Source: Eledone cirrhosa
Lineage: Eukaryota
Direction: 5' to 3'
Assembly (NCBI GenBank): GCA_964016885.1
Contig: OZ024762.1
Location: 27,590,001 to 27,654,000, forward strand
DNA length: 64,000 bases
Position 1 is the first letter of the stretch; every line of letters starts with the position of its first letter. The translations under genes and the position numbers were made by a program. The notes under the pieces are model-generated. The model saw only the letters and a list, made by a program, of their open reading frames with translations, was not told the origin of the DNA and ran no database searches. This document shows, piece after piece, positions 11,422 to 23,254 of this stretch.

Positions 11422-14400
11422 TCAGATATTCAGGACGTATCGGAGGGTTCTTGCTGTTCCCAGCAAGCATGCCTTTTGAAGCGTTCCAAAAAGCGTGAAG
11501 GGGCCGATTTTCTTTAACCATCCCTGGAAACTTTTGGAGATAGTCCCTAGTGCGCCTATGACAATCGGGATCACTTTGACTTCATGGCAGTTCCAAATCC
11601 TTTTTACCTCCCACTTTAAGTCCTGGTAACGGTTAATTTTCTCCCTCTCCTTCTTTTGCACTCTCGTTTCGAACGGGCAGGCCACATCCACAATCAGACA
11701 CGATCTTTTTTCTTTGTCCACAACCACCAGGTCAGGTCTATTGTGTTCCAGTTTCTTGTCCGTCTGTATCCTAAAATCCCACAGCACCTTCACCTGATCG
11801 TTTTCTATCACCGCCTCTGGCTTATGCTCATACCATTTCTCAGAATGTGGTAAATTGTTTACTTTGCATAGGTGCCAGTGGATCATCCTGCCCATCACAT
11901 CATGTCTCCAGCCCTTATAGTGGGTCTGGGCTAGGTGTTTACACTCGGATACAATGTGAGCCACAGTCTCCTCTCTCTCTCCACAGATCCTGCACAGTGG
12001 GCTAGCCGCCTCCTTGTAAATATGGAGTTTCAACCACTTCGTTTTGAGGGCCAGCTCCTGCGCAGCCATTAACATTCCTTCTGTAGCCTTTTTAAGGTCT
12101 CCTCTTCTCAACCAGTTCCATGTCTGTGGATCTCTAAATTCAGTTTTCTCAAAGAAGGTACTATGAAGGGATGTTTCCTGAAGGCTGCTCTTTCTCCTTG
12201 ATGTTATTTCCTCCTTGGAGATCCCCTGGCCTATTGTCCTCTCCTTCAGTACAGTTCTGAGCATTGGCTCCTTACTATCAGTCACGTGTTTGTGTAGGTT
12301 GTTTTTCTCCATCTGAACACAGTCCTCTATGCTGATAAGACCTCTTCCAACCTCAGATCTCCTTAAGTAGAGTCTATCGACATCACTCCTCTTGTGGAAG
12401 ATGTTGTAGATAGTCAATAGCTTCCTAGTCTTCCTATCCATTTCTTTTTGTTCAGCAACATTCCATCTCAGGATTCCCGCACTGTACCTAATAATAGACA
12501 CAGCTCGAGAATTTACTGCGCTTATGGCATTTCTGCTGTTCAGATGTGACTTCAATACGCTCCTTACTCTCCGAATGTATTCAGATCTTAACAATTCCTT
12601 CATTTTTTTGTTTTTTATGCCATCAGCCTCCAGAACGCTCAAATACTTGTATCCTTCCTCAGAGTCAATTTCCTTTATCATCTCACCTGTTGGTATCTGG
12701 ATTCCGTTACTTCTGCTCAACCTACCCCTCCTCGTCACAATGACTCCACACTTACTAATACCAAACTGCATACATATATCACTGCTGAAAATACGGAGAG
12801 TGTCAACAAGCACATCCAACTCCTTCTCACTCTTCCCGAAGAGCTTAAGATCATCCATGAAGAGGAGGTGATTGATGGTAAGCCCTCCCTTTCCCAACCT
12901 GTATCCTGCTCTCACTTTTCGCAGCATAATGGTCAAGGGCATCAGGGCAAGGACAAACAGCAGAGGGGACAGGCTATCTCCCTGGAAGATACCTCTCTTG
13001 ATCTTCACGCTTCCCAAGGATTCTCCAGTTGATGTCAACTCTGTTTCCCAGGACCTCATACTCCTGCCTAGCAACTGTCTGATGTTATCTGCCACCTTGA
13101 AGATCTCCAGGCTTTTGGTGATCCAAGAATGAGGCACCATGTCAAATGCCTTTCTGTAGTCTATCCATCCCATGGCAAGATCAGTGTGTCTCCTCCTGCA
13201 ATTCCCCATTACCATCTTATCAATAAGTAACTGGTCCTTTGTACCACGTGACTTCTTTCGGCATCCTTTCTGTTCGTCCGGTAACAAGTTGTTTGTGTGG
13301 AGGTGATGGTAGATTTCCTCAGACACAATGCTCGTCAACAGTTTCCACATTACGGACAGACATGTGATAGGTCTATAGTTGGTAACATCATTACCCTTGA
13401 TTTTCGGTCTTTCATTATCAGAACTGTGGTACCTTTTGTCAACCACTCTGGTACCTCACCTGACATCAAGCAGTCATTGAACATGGTTGTCAGTTTCGGG
13501 TGGAGGGATGTTATATTTTTAATCCAATACCCCTGCACACCATCTGGGCCTGGTGATTTCCAGTTGGTTAGTTTTTTGGCCTGCTCCTTAAGAGTTTCAA
13601 CTGTGATATTCAAATCAGTTTGTTGGTGTGCCTGTTCACCGATCTCCTTCTGTACTGTCTCAATCCACACTGCCTGGTCCTTATGTCTAACATCCTGCTC
13701 CCATATTCCTCTCCAGAATGTTTTAGTTTTGTTCCGCCTCAGGGATCAAGTCGTTGCCTCTTTCTTTCCCCTCAAGCTGTCCAAACAGCATCTTCTGGTT
13801 CTTGTCGAACATGCGGTTCTGTTTATACTGACTGACTCTGTTCTCGTATCGCCTGATTTTTGCACTCTTTGCTACAATGCGTTGCTTCAGTTCCTCTATG
13901 ATAATATTTAGCTTTTTCCTCCTAGTTTTGTACTTTATTTCCAGTCTATTTTTAGTGTCTATGTTTTTTAGTGTCCCATTCAGTAGTGACTCAAGCTTTC
14001 CAATGTCATTTCTCATTTCCCTGATTTGACCACTCAGTCGTTTCTTCCACCAAGGCTCTGCTCCTTCTTGTCTGTTGTTTCCTCTCGCTTTTATACCAAG
14101 TAGTTTCCTCACCGTATTTGCTGTTGCTTTGAGGATATTGTTGCACTGGTGAAGGCTCCTCGCCTCAAGGTATGGGATGACTTTGTTTACCTTAGCTGTT
14201 GTTTCTTTTAACTTTTTCCTGTCTACAAATCTACCACTAAATTTAGGATGTCAACCAAATCTTGTCCTAGCCCGTCATCATTCATCCCCTCAGTGGCCGT
14301 ATCTCTGTTCCAGGTATTATTTATCTCAGTATTCAGATCATTGTCTGCTTCGGGTGGTTCCTCCGTTCTCTCGACCTCTTCACCTTCATTTCCCACTGGC

Positions 14401-14604
14401 TCGTTTGCCTGGCATACTCCACCCTCCATCTCCAAGCTAATCTCTCTGCTCAGTTCCTCCAGTTCCAGCTCGCTTATCCACCCATTAGTTCTTATTACCC
14501 GAGCCTGCTCGGCCAATTTTTGTTCATCTAATTTAAATAGACCAATCTCGTTCCAGGGAGCACCTGTTGGGTGAGAGTCTGTCACATGACGTTCTAGTCT
14601 CCAT
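11422..14604 (-). pseudogene. Frameshifted RT-RLE ORF of copy 2
   Basis: Peptides nearly identical to the 1130-aa ORF, with frameshifts near 13400 and 13730 and deletions near 14232 and 14556. Confidence 0.9.
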
Positions 14605-15117
14605 TTCACCGTTATTCGAACTGTTTAGGTTCGACATTTAAACACTCTTATCGAGGATTGGCGAATGTATGGTTACATAACCACCTGTGGATTCACCGTC
14701 TCCGGTGGTTGCGTCGCTCCGTGTGGCTCTTGTGTGGCATTATCACGCTGTAGACGAACGCAAATAAACAAACAAACAAACAGGCAGAAAAAAACCCAAA
14801 AATGAATAAGCATAAGTTTCATTGTAATGTAGTGTTCGAATGTCTGACTTAGTTTTTCCCTTCCCTTCTCTGTCCGTCCGTTTGTTTCTCTCTTCATTCT
14901 TATTTTCTTTAGGTTTTTTTGTTTTTGTTTTTTTTTGTCTGCTTTTTTTTTTTGTTGCTGTGCTGCTTTGATTTTGATTTTTGTTTTTCCTTTTGAGTCT
15001 ATCTATATATTTTGATGCCTTCCGCTTTTTTAGTAGGAATTCTACAATGTGGTGGCGTTGCTGTGCTAGCAGCAGGAGGTAATGGGAGAGAATAGCGGCG
15101 GTAGCGATACTGAGGCA

Positions 15118-15393
15118 GTGGTGGTGGTGATGTGATCGTATTACTGTAGTGATGGTGTTGTAGTTGGGGTATAAGTTTGAGTCGATTCGACCAGAGTTTT
15201 CATCGTGGTAGTGGTGGTGTTACTGGTGGTGAAATAGTAATCTGTAGTCGTTTAGTAGTGGTGGTGATGTGGTCGTATTACTGTAGTGATGGTGTCGTAG
15301 TTGGGGTATAAGTTTGAGTCGATTCGACCAGAGTTTTCATCGTGGCAGTGGTGGTGGTATTGGTGGTGAAATAATAATCTGTAGTCGTTTAGT
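15118..15393. repeat. ~137-bp tandem duplication in the 5' UTR of copy 2
   Basis: cgtattactgtagtgatggtg..ggggtataagtttgagtcgattcgaccagag at 15137 and 15274. Confidence 0.85.
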
Positions 15394-16169
15394 CATTTTG
15401 CCATTTTCGACTCCAACATTCCTGATCCAAAATTAAATATTAATCTTGTTTATCAATATTGTCTAGTGATATCGCCATTCTCCCCTTTCGTAAGTTAACA
15501 GAAGGTAGTGGGGGGTAGCGGTGGTAGCAATGAAGGAGTGGTGGCGGTGGTGATGGGATAGTGGTAGTAATGATGGATGGGCGGCGGCGGTGGTGACTGT
15601 AGTGATGGCGTTGTCGTTACTGATGTCCGTTCGGTGAATCTATGGGGCGAGTCGCGTACATGTGTTGACATAAATTCCCTTAATGTTGGAATTAAACATT
15701 TTGTTAAAACAATAATAATAGTAATTATTATTATCATTATTATGTTGAGATTGGTTGTGGTGGTGGTGAAATTGCCGTTATCTGGCTGTTGTGTTTAGTG
15801 TACACAGAGGGGTGATGGGGTAGGTGGTGTATCTAGTTTCTGGTGTTGGTGAAATTGCTGTTGTTTGGCTGTTCTATATAGTGTAGACAGAGGAGGGGGG
15901 GTTCTTCTTCTTCCATTTATAGCCATTTTCTTTTTTGAATATACAATGTACAATACAAAGTTGAATATTTGAGCCTTATAACAATATATTTTGGGTCCGA
16001 ATTTTTGGGGGGCTCAAGCCAGATGCTTTACGTAACATTTGTACTAAGAATTGTTATTTCACAAATGATTTAAATATGTTAAAAAATCAAAACTTACGCG
16101 AGCGATTTCTCGACCTACTATCCACCATGTGTGTCTTCTTCCCTAATAATAATAATAATAATTATTATT

Positions 16170-17563
16170 ATTCCTTGAATCTCAGTCATTGATGTTGGTT
16201 AACTGGAAAGTTTGTTGGAATGAATATCAAGCCACTACCTGCAGCCTCAGATATTCGGGACGTATCGGAGGGTTCTTGCTGTTCCCAGCAAGCATGCCTT
16301 TTGAAGTGTTCCAAAAAGCGGGGCGGGGCCAATTTTCTTTAACCATCCCTGGAAACTTTTTGAGATAGTAACCTAGTGCGCCTATGACAATCGGGATCAC
16401 TTTGACTTCATGGTAGTTCCAAATCCTTTTTACTTCCCATTTTAAGTCCTGGTATCGGTTAATTTTCTCCCTCTCCTTCTCTTGCACTCTTGTGCCAAAG
16501 GGGCAGGCTACATCCACAATCAGGCACGATCTTTTTTCCTTGTCCAAAACCACCAGGTCAGGTCTATTGTGTTCCAGTTTCTTGTCCGTCTGTATCCTAA
16601 AATCCCACAGCATCTTCACCTGATCATTCTCCATCACCGACTCTGGCTTATGCTCATACCATTTCTCAGAATGTGGTAAATTATTTACTTTGCACAGGTG
16701 CCAGTGGATCACCCTGCCCATCACGTCATGTCTCCAGCCTTTATAGTGCGTCTGGGCTAGGTGTTTACACTCGGATACAATGTGAGCCACAGTCTCCTCT
16801 CTCCACAGATCCTGCACAGTGGGCTAGCCGCCTCCTTGTAAATATGGTGTTTCAGCCACTTCGTTTTGAGGGCCTGCTCTTGCGCAGCCAATAGCTTCCT
16901 TCTGTAGCCTTTTTAAGGTCTCCTTTTCTCAACCAGTTCCATGTCTGTGGATCTCTGAATTCCGTTTTCTCAAAGAAGGTACTATGAAGGGATTTTTCAT
17001 GAAGGTTGCTCTTTCTCCTCGTTGTTATTTCCTCCTTGGATATCCCCTGGTCTATTGTCCTCTCCTTCAGTACAATTCTGATCATTGGCTCCTTACTATC
17101 GGTCACGTATTTGTGTAGGTTGTTTTTCTCCATCTGAACACAGTCCTCTATGCTGATAAGACCTCTTCCACCTTCAGATCTCCTTATCGACATCACTCCT
17201 CTTGTGGAACATGTTGTAGATAGTCAATAGCTTCCTAGTCTTCCTATCCATTCCTTTTTGTTCAGCAACATTCCATCTCAGAATTCCCGCACTGTACCTA
17301 AAAATAGACACAGCTCGGGAATTTACTGCACTTATGGCATTCCTACTATTCAGATGTGACTTTAATACGCTCCTTACTCTCCGAATGTATTCAGATCTTA
17401 TCAATTCCTTCATTTTTTTGTTCTTGATGTCATCAGCCTCCAGAATACCCAAATACTTGTATCCTTCTTCAGTGTCAATTTCCTTTATCATCTCACCTGT
17501 TGGTACCTGGATTCCGTTGCTTCTGCTCAATTTACCCCTCTTCATCACAAGGACTCCACACTT
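16170..17563 (-). mobile_element. 5'-truncated, degenerate R4/Dong element (family A, copy 3)
   Basis: ORF pieces 17174-17548, 16852-17196 and 16227-16817 match the C-terminal third; bounded by ATT repeats. Confidence 0.9.
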
Positions 17564-17592
17564 ACTATTATTATTATTATTATTATTATTAT

Positions 17593-18363
17593 TGTTCTTT
17601 GAGTCTCAGTCATTGATGTTAGTTAACTGGAAAGTTTGTTGAAATGAATATCAAGCCACTACCTGCAGCCTCAGATATTCGGGACGTATCGGAGGGTTCT
17701 TGCTGTTCCCAGCAAGCATGCCTTTTGAAGTGTTCCAAAAAGCGTGGCGGGGCCAATTTTCTTTAACCATCCCTGGAAACTGTTTGAGATAGTACCTAGT
17801 GCGCCTATGATGATCGGGACCACGTTGACTTCATGGCAGTTCCAAATCCTTTTTACCTCCCACTTTAAGTCCCGGTATCGGTTAATTTTCTCCCTCTCCT
17901 TCTCTTGCACTCTCGTGTCGAATGGGCAGGCCACATCCACAATCAGGCACGATCTTTTTTCGTTGTCCAAAACCACCAGGTCAGGTTTCCAGCCCTTATA
18001 GTGAGTCTGGGATAGGTGTTTATACTCGGATACAATGTGAGCCACAGTCTCCTCTCTCTCTCCACAGATCCTGCACAGTGGGCTAGCCTCCTCCTTGTAA
18101 ATATGGTGTTTCAACCACTTCGTTTTGAGGGCCTGCTCTTGCGCAGCCATTAGCATTCCTTCTGTAGCCATTTTAAGGTCTCCTCTTTTCAACCAGTTCC
18201 ATGTCTGTGGATCTCTGAATTCAGGTACTATGAAGGGATTTTTCATGAAGGCTGCTCTTTCTCCTTGTTGTTATTTCCTCCTTGGACATCCCCTGGTCTA
18301 TTGTCCTCTCCTTCAGTACAATTCTGAGCATTGGCTCCTTACTATCAGTCACGTATTTGTGTA
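17593..18363 (-). mobile_element. 5'-truncated, internally deleted R4/Dong element (family A, copy 4)
   Basis: ORF 17671-18246 jumps from HYKGW to KPDLVVLD (deletion near 17987). Confidence 0.9.
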
Positions 18364-18385
18364 TTATTATTATTATTATTATTAA

Positions 18386-18572
18386 GGGCGGTGGATTGGC
18401 AGTATCAGTATAGGGTCGGACGCCATGCTTTCCAGCATAGTTACGTCCCTTTACGATCTGAGTTCAAATCCCGCTGAGGTTGACTTTGCCTTTCATCCTT
18501 ACGGGTTCGATAAAATAAAGTACCAGTAATGCACTGGGTAATTTGCTGGCCTTGTGCCTAAAGTAGAAACAA
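18386..18572 (+). mobile_element. tRNA-derived SINE (family 1, Meta-domain-like core) with (ATT)n tail
   Basis: ggcggtggattggcag (A-box-like), gagttcaaatccc (B box), gcctttcatccttacggg.tcgataaaataaagtaccag core. Confidence 0.85.
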
Positions 18573-18599
18573 TTATTATTATTATTATTATTATTATTA

Positions 18600-20181
18600 G
18601 AAGGAATATGAAAGGTTGACAGGAGCCAAACTTAACCCGGAAAAGTCGGTGGGCTTGCAGCTCGGAACCTGGAGAGGCATGCCCATGCCGTCCAACAGCG
18701 TCGTGGGGCGCTGGACGGACGGACCGGTAAAGTTGCTCGGGGTTTGGTTCGGACCAGACCTCCAGGTGGAAAAGAATTGGGACGAGGTAACGAGCAGAGT
18801 AGCCAGTCTCACCCAAAAATGGGCTGTTAGGAAGCTATCACTGAAAGGTCGCGCGGAGGTTGCGAAGCGTACATCGCGTCCGTCATCTACTACCGCCTGA
18901 CCGTCGTGCCTTGCCCCCGTCCGCGCCTCGTCAAGCTGGAACGGCTCCTCTTCAAATTCTTGTGGAGGGGACAAGTTCCGTTGGTGAGGCGGTCCATCTG
19001 CTGCCAGCACCCTCTACGCGGAGGGCTGGGCATGCCGTGGCTAATGATGCGCAGACATGCGTTGAGGCTGCGACATCTCCAGATATTCTGCCTCAACGGT
19101 GAACAGGTGTGGTCGCCGTTTATCATACGGGCCTTTCCGCAGCTCATTTCTTTGACTGAGCTGCAGTCCTGGGTCAAGAAGAGACCGAGACTGGGTGACT
19201 GGCACCTGGAATGTTGCCAGGCACTCACTGCCCTCTACCAAGTGGGCAATGCGATCAGTGGAACTTCCACTCTCAAGTTCTATAGAGGATTAGTGGTGGG
19301 CAAGTGCGATGACGCACTCGGAGAAGCTTTGGGCCTCGACGAAGTCGAACTGACCAGTCTGTACCGGAGGACTTTTGAGCCGGGGACGATGGACAATTTC
19401 CAGAAATCCCTCGCTTGGTAGTGCTACCGGGGGGCACTGCCTGTTCGGGATAAACTCTACAGGCACGGAAGTGCTGTCAGACGGACCTGCCCAAGATGCG
19501 CACAGAACGACGAAACCGTTCTGCACGCACTTGTCCAATGTCCGTGCATTACTGACTTGTGGAGTTATGTCGAACAGCTACTGTCGCGTGTGGAACGAAT
19601 CCGGCTATCGGCCGAGTCCATAGTGAAGATCGATCCACCGCCTTCCTTAGGTCAGGAAGAGCAGGAAATTTTCCTCTGTCTGGTGGCTGTTGCGAAAGAG
19701 ATTATATGGCGGACCAGGTTTAAAGGACTAAAGACAGACACTTTTCTCTTCGGCCAATCCCTCATTAACTTCTTCAAGTTTCACCTGGAAAGGAAGGTGA
19801 GGGTGGAGAGAGAAATGCTGCCCCCCAGTACATTTGCTAAAAGGTGGGTGAATGTGACGAGAATGGCTCGTGTGAATGGGCCTACTCTGACCATGCGCCT
19901 ATAGGCTGGCTAACTTGAGGAGAGGGGTGCTCTCCCTGGGTGCCCTAGAAGCGCAGGGTGGTTCAGGATTGGTGGGGTATCTGAAGCACCCCAGGGTCGT
20001 ACACCCACTATCGGGGAATTTATTTTGTTATATTTATGCATAGTTTATTTTATATTTTTATATTTTCATTGTTAAATTAGTCTTGCCATTGTGCACTTTT
20101 ACTCCACCTTATTTTAAACCCCCACTGTCCCTGTCTTTGTATTGTCCCCTACATGTCGGCCCTGGTAGCTAATAAATGAAA

Positions 20182-20183
<2 letters not shown>
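18600..20183 (+). mobile_element. 5'-truncated Tx1/L1-clade LINE (RT C-terminus, CCHC finger, 3' UTR), pseudogenised
   Basis: TGAKLNPEKS, KLLGVWF, W..RKLSLKGRA, FKFLWRG, GGLGMP, CPRCAQNDETVLHALVQC (~19488); frameshift ~18870, stop at 19419; AATAAA then (ATT)n. Confidence 0.88.
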
Positions 20184-20228
<45 letters not shown>

Positions 20229-20655
20229 GCGGCATAGAGTTACGGTCCTTTGCCTTTTGTTATTTAGAAGTCGACAAAATATAGTATCAGTCACGCACCG
20301 GTGTCGATTTAATCGACTTTCCCCTCCTTCAAAATTGCTAGCCTTGTGCCTAAATCAGAAAACATTAAGGGGCTTGGTTGGCAGTATTAGTAGAAGGTCG
20401 GATGCCATGATTTTCAGCATAGGGTTACGGGCCTTTATGATCTGTGTTCAAATCCCACCGAGTTTAACTTTGCCTTTCCTCCTTACGGGGTCGATAAATA
20501 AAGTACCAGTCACGCACTGGGGTCGATTTAATCGATTTTCTCCTCCCCCAAAACATTGTTGGCCTTGTGCCTATATATACGGGGTCGATAAAATAAAGTA
20601 CCAGTAATGTACTGGGTAATTGCTGGCCTTGTGCCAAAAGTAGAAACAATTATTA
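20229..20655 (+). mobile_element. Cluster of three SINE family 1 fragments
   Basis: Repeated ggggtcgataaa..aaagtaccagt and gccttgtgcc motifs. Confidence 0.75.
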
Positions 20656-21008
20656 TAGAAATGACTTCTACAGAATTAGAACTGTTTCATTCAGACTTTC
20701 CTTGTGATTTCTTACAAATGAATCGTTAGGGAAGTCCTGTAGAATTCATTTCTATAATACAATAAATATGTCTCTACTCTATTAACGTATTGAGTACTTT
20801 TCTTAACTGTAGTAACAACCCCCCCCCCCCCCCCGATACACATTGGGAATCCAACCATATATATATATATATGTAAGCATTGTGTTATTTAATTTGTTAA
20901 TTTTTCAACAAATTTAGTTTATAACAGATTAGAAGCACTCTACAGTGTTCTGGAGTATAATATCAATAATATTAATAAATGGAAACTATCTTTATAAAAC
21001 CATATCTA

Positions 21009-21065
21009 TTTTATTATATATATTTCAAGGGTACCAAAATGTTGGTACGCCCTCATCAGGTAAAA
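21009..21065 (-). ncRNA. Minimal hammerhead ribozyme
   Basis: Minus strand: ttttac CTGATGA gggcgtaccaa-catt-ttggtaccctt GAAA tatata TA ataaaa. Confidence 0.75.
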
Positions 21066-21140
21066 TACAAAAGTTGTTTTACAGATAGTGACATATTCAA
21101 AACTAGTTTTGAATATGTCCCTATCTGTAAAACATTTGTA

Positions 21141-21197
21141 TTTTATCTGATGAGGGCGTACCAAAATGTTGGTACCCATGAAATATATATAATAAAA
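21141..21197 (+). ncRNA. Minimal hammerhead ribozyme
   Basis: ttttat CTGATGA gggcgtaccaa-aatg-ttggtacccat GAAA tatata TA ataaaa. Confidence 0.78.
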
Positions 21198-21243
21198 TAA
21201 ATATGCTTTTATAAAGATAGTTTCCATTTATTAATATTATTGA

Positions 21244-21279
<36 letters not shown>

Positions 21280-21350
21280 TGTAGTATACTTGTTATTTTA
21301 CATTGAGCTATTTTCATACTTGTAAGTGGGTAATATTTATTGTTACCCAC

Positions 21351-21420
<70 letters not shown>

Positions 21421-21571
21421 TATGTAGCTGCAATTATATATATGTATAATATGTGTGTGTGCGAGAGAGAGTGCGTGTTTAAGTTTGTTTGAAGCACTGT
21501 GGAATATGAAAAAAATGGTCGTTTTGGAAGCCTCAATTTGAGTCTCCCCAAACAACCATTTTATATATATA

Positions 21572-21785
21572 TGGAGGCGCGTGGCTGAGTGGTTAGAGAA
21601 TTGGATTCGCAACCGTGAGGTTGTGAGTTCGATTCCCGGAGCTGGCGATGCGTTATGTCCTTGAGCAAGATGCTTTATTTCACGTTACTCCTTCTACCTG
21701 GAGTTGCGACCGATAGATAGTATTCGCAATTGGAAAGACCAATGGACACATTGTTTCCACGGTCCGGTTCGACGAAAGTCGATCG
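21572..21785 (+). mobile_element. tRNA-derived SINE (family 2)
   Basis: gtggctgagtggttag A box, gagttcgattccc B box, tgtccttgagcaaga core; sister copy at 36540-36722. Confidence 0.8.
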
Positions 21786-21850
21786 TTCCTTTTTTATATG
21801 TGTGTGTGTGTGTGTCTGTGTGAATGTGTGTGTGTGAATGTGTGTGTGTG

Positions 21851-22165
21851 AAGGAGCCTGTTTTAGTGTTTATAGAGTTCGATTCACAATCGTAAACTCG
21901 TCAATTCGATTTTCGACAGTGTGTTGTTCTTGAGCAAGACACTTAATACCACATTGCACCGATTCACTTAGCTGGTAAAAGTGAGTTGTACATGTTGTAA
22001 TTCAGAGGGCCACACTTTTCACATACTATGACACGCTGAATCTCCCTGAGAACTATGATAAGTGTATACATGCCTGTAGAAATCTCAGTGGCTTGCACGT
22101 TAATTTTACATGCAGGCTGTCCGGTTGTTTGAACACTCGTCAGAACCTACGAATGTCTAACACAA
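21851..22165 (+). mobile_element. Degenerate SINE (family 2 variant)
   Basis: gtgttgttcttgagcaagacactt core; gctgaatctccctgagaacta 3' domain. Confidence 0.65.
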
Positions 22166-23254
22166 GTGTGTGTATATGTGTGCGTTTGTATGTGTATGTG
22201 TGTGTTTGTGTGTGTCTACATCCATGAGGAAATATATAAATATACATACTCAAATGTACGATTCATTTTATAAGCATACACACGCATACATTAACGAAAA
22301 CATAAGCATCCATACACACACATATGAATATATATATATATATATATTGGGTGAATGTACAAGACAAGTTTATGCGTGCATATGTATAGATGTCTGTAGT
22401 TTATGGATGTATACATATATACATACATACATGTATATAATTATATAGATATGTGTGTACGTGTGCTGTGTGTGCGAGCATAAACACATACATATTTGTG
22501 TATACATGGGTGTTATGACACAACACTCGTATATACACAAAACATACATATATGTATATGTGTATATATGTATGTATCTATATATATATATGCGTGTGTG
22601 TGAGTATGTATGACATATATATATGTATGTATGACACATACACACATATATATATGACACATACATATATAAATGATATACATACATTCAAATTATTCAT
22701 ACACATACACAAACTTATGCACATTGACACACATGCGAACACATTCACACACACAGTCACAACACTCTCACACACACACACACACTCACACACGCACACA
22801 CACTTTCTCTCTCTCTCTCTATCTATCTCCCTCACCCACACACACATATGACACACATAAACAAGCTCGCTCTAATGAAATAACCTTTTGGCCACACATA
22901 ACCTTTTGCCAAACCAAAATGGCGGATCTGCTGTCTTTTCATACAAACTTTAATGTTGCGATTCACATCCTACAAAAAGTCAAGACAGCCATTTAAATTC
23001 AAAGAAAGCAGACGATACTCGCACTCATGCAAACTTTATCTAGCTATTCAGCACAAACACAAATTTGCAGTAAAAGTATAAAAGAAAAAAATATACTGTA
23101 TATACTCTTACTTACATATAACTGAACGTAGCTAACTCTTTTCACGACTTCACAACATAGAAATTCTTATGAATAGCAGCTAAATTCAATGAAAGCAGAT
23201 GATATTCGTATTATTCTTTTGTTGATGTTTGTTTATATGTAAAAGTGATTTTTG

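Larger units (their letters stand above)
11345..16143 (-). mobile_element. Full-length but disrupted R4/Dong element (family A, copy 2)
   Basis: ORF broken into 11422-13446, 13350-13670, 13723-14112 and 14223-14609 by frameshifts and deletions; same GGGAAGAAGAC 5' end. Confidence 0.92.
20890..21246. mobile_element. Palindromic double-hammerhead element (no loop, centre 21104/21105; left arm has an extra ~70 nt tail)
   Basis: acatattcaaaact|agttttgaatatgt centre; arms 20960-21104 / 21105-21246; same family as 55617-56820. Confidence 0.88.

Noticed and set aside
21572-21650. tRNA gene
   Set aside because: A/B boxes are present, but there is no full cloverleaf and it continues into a SINE core
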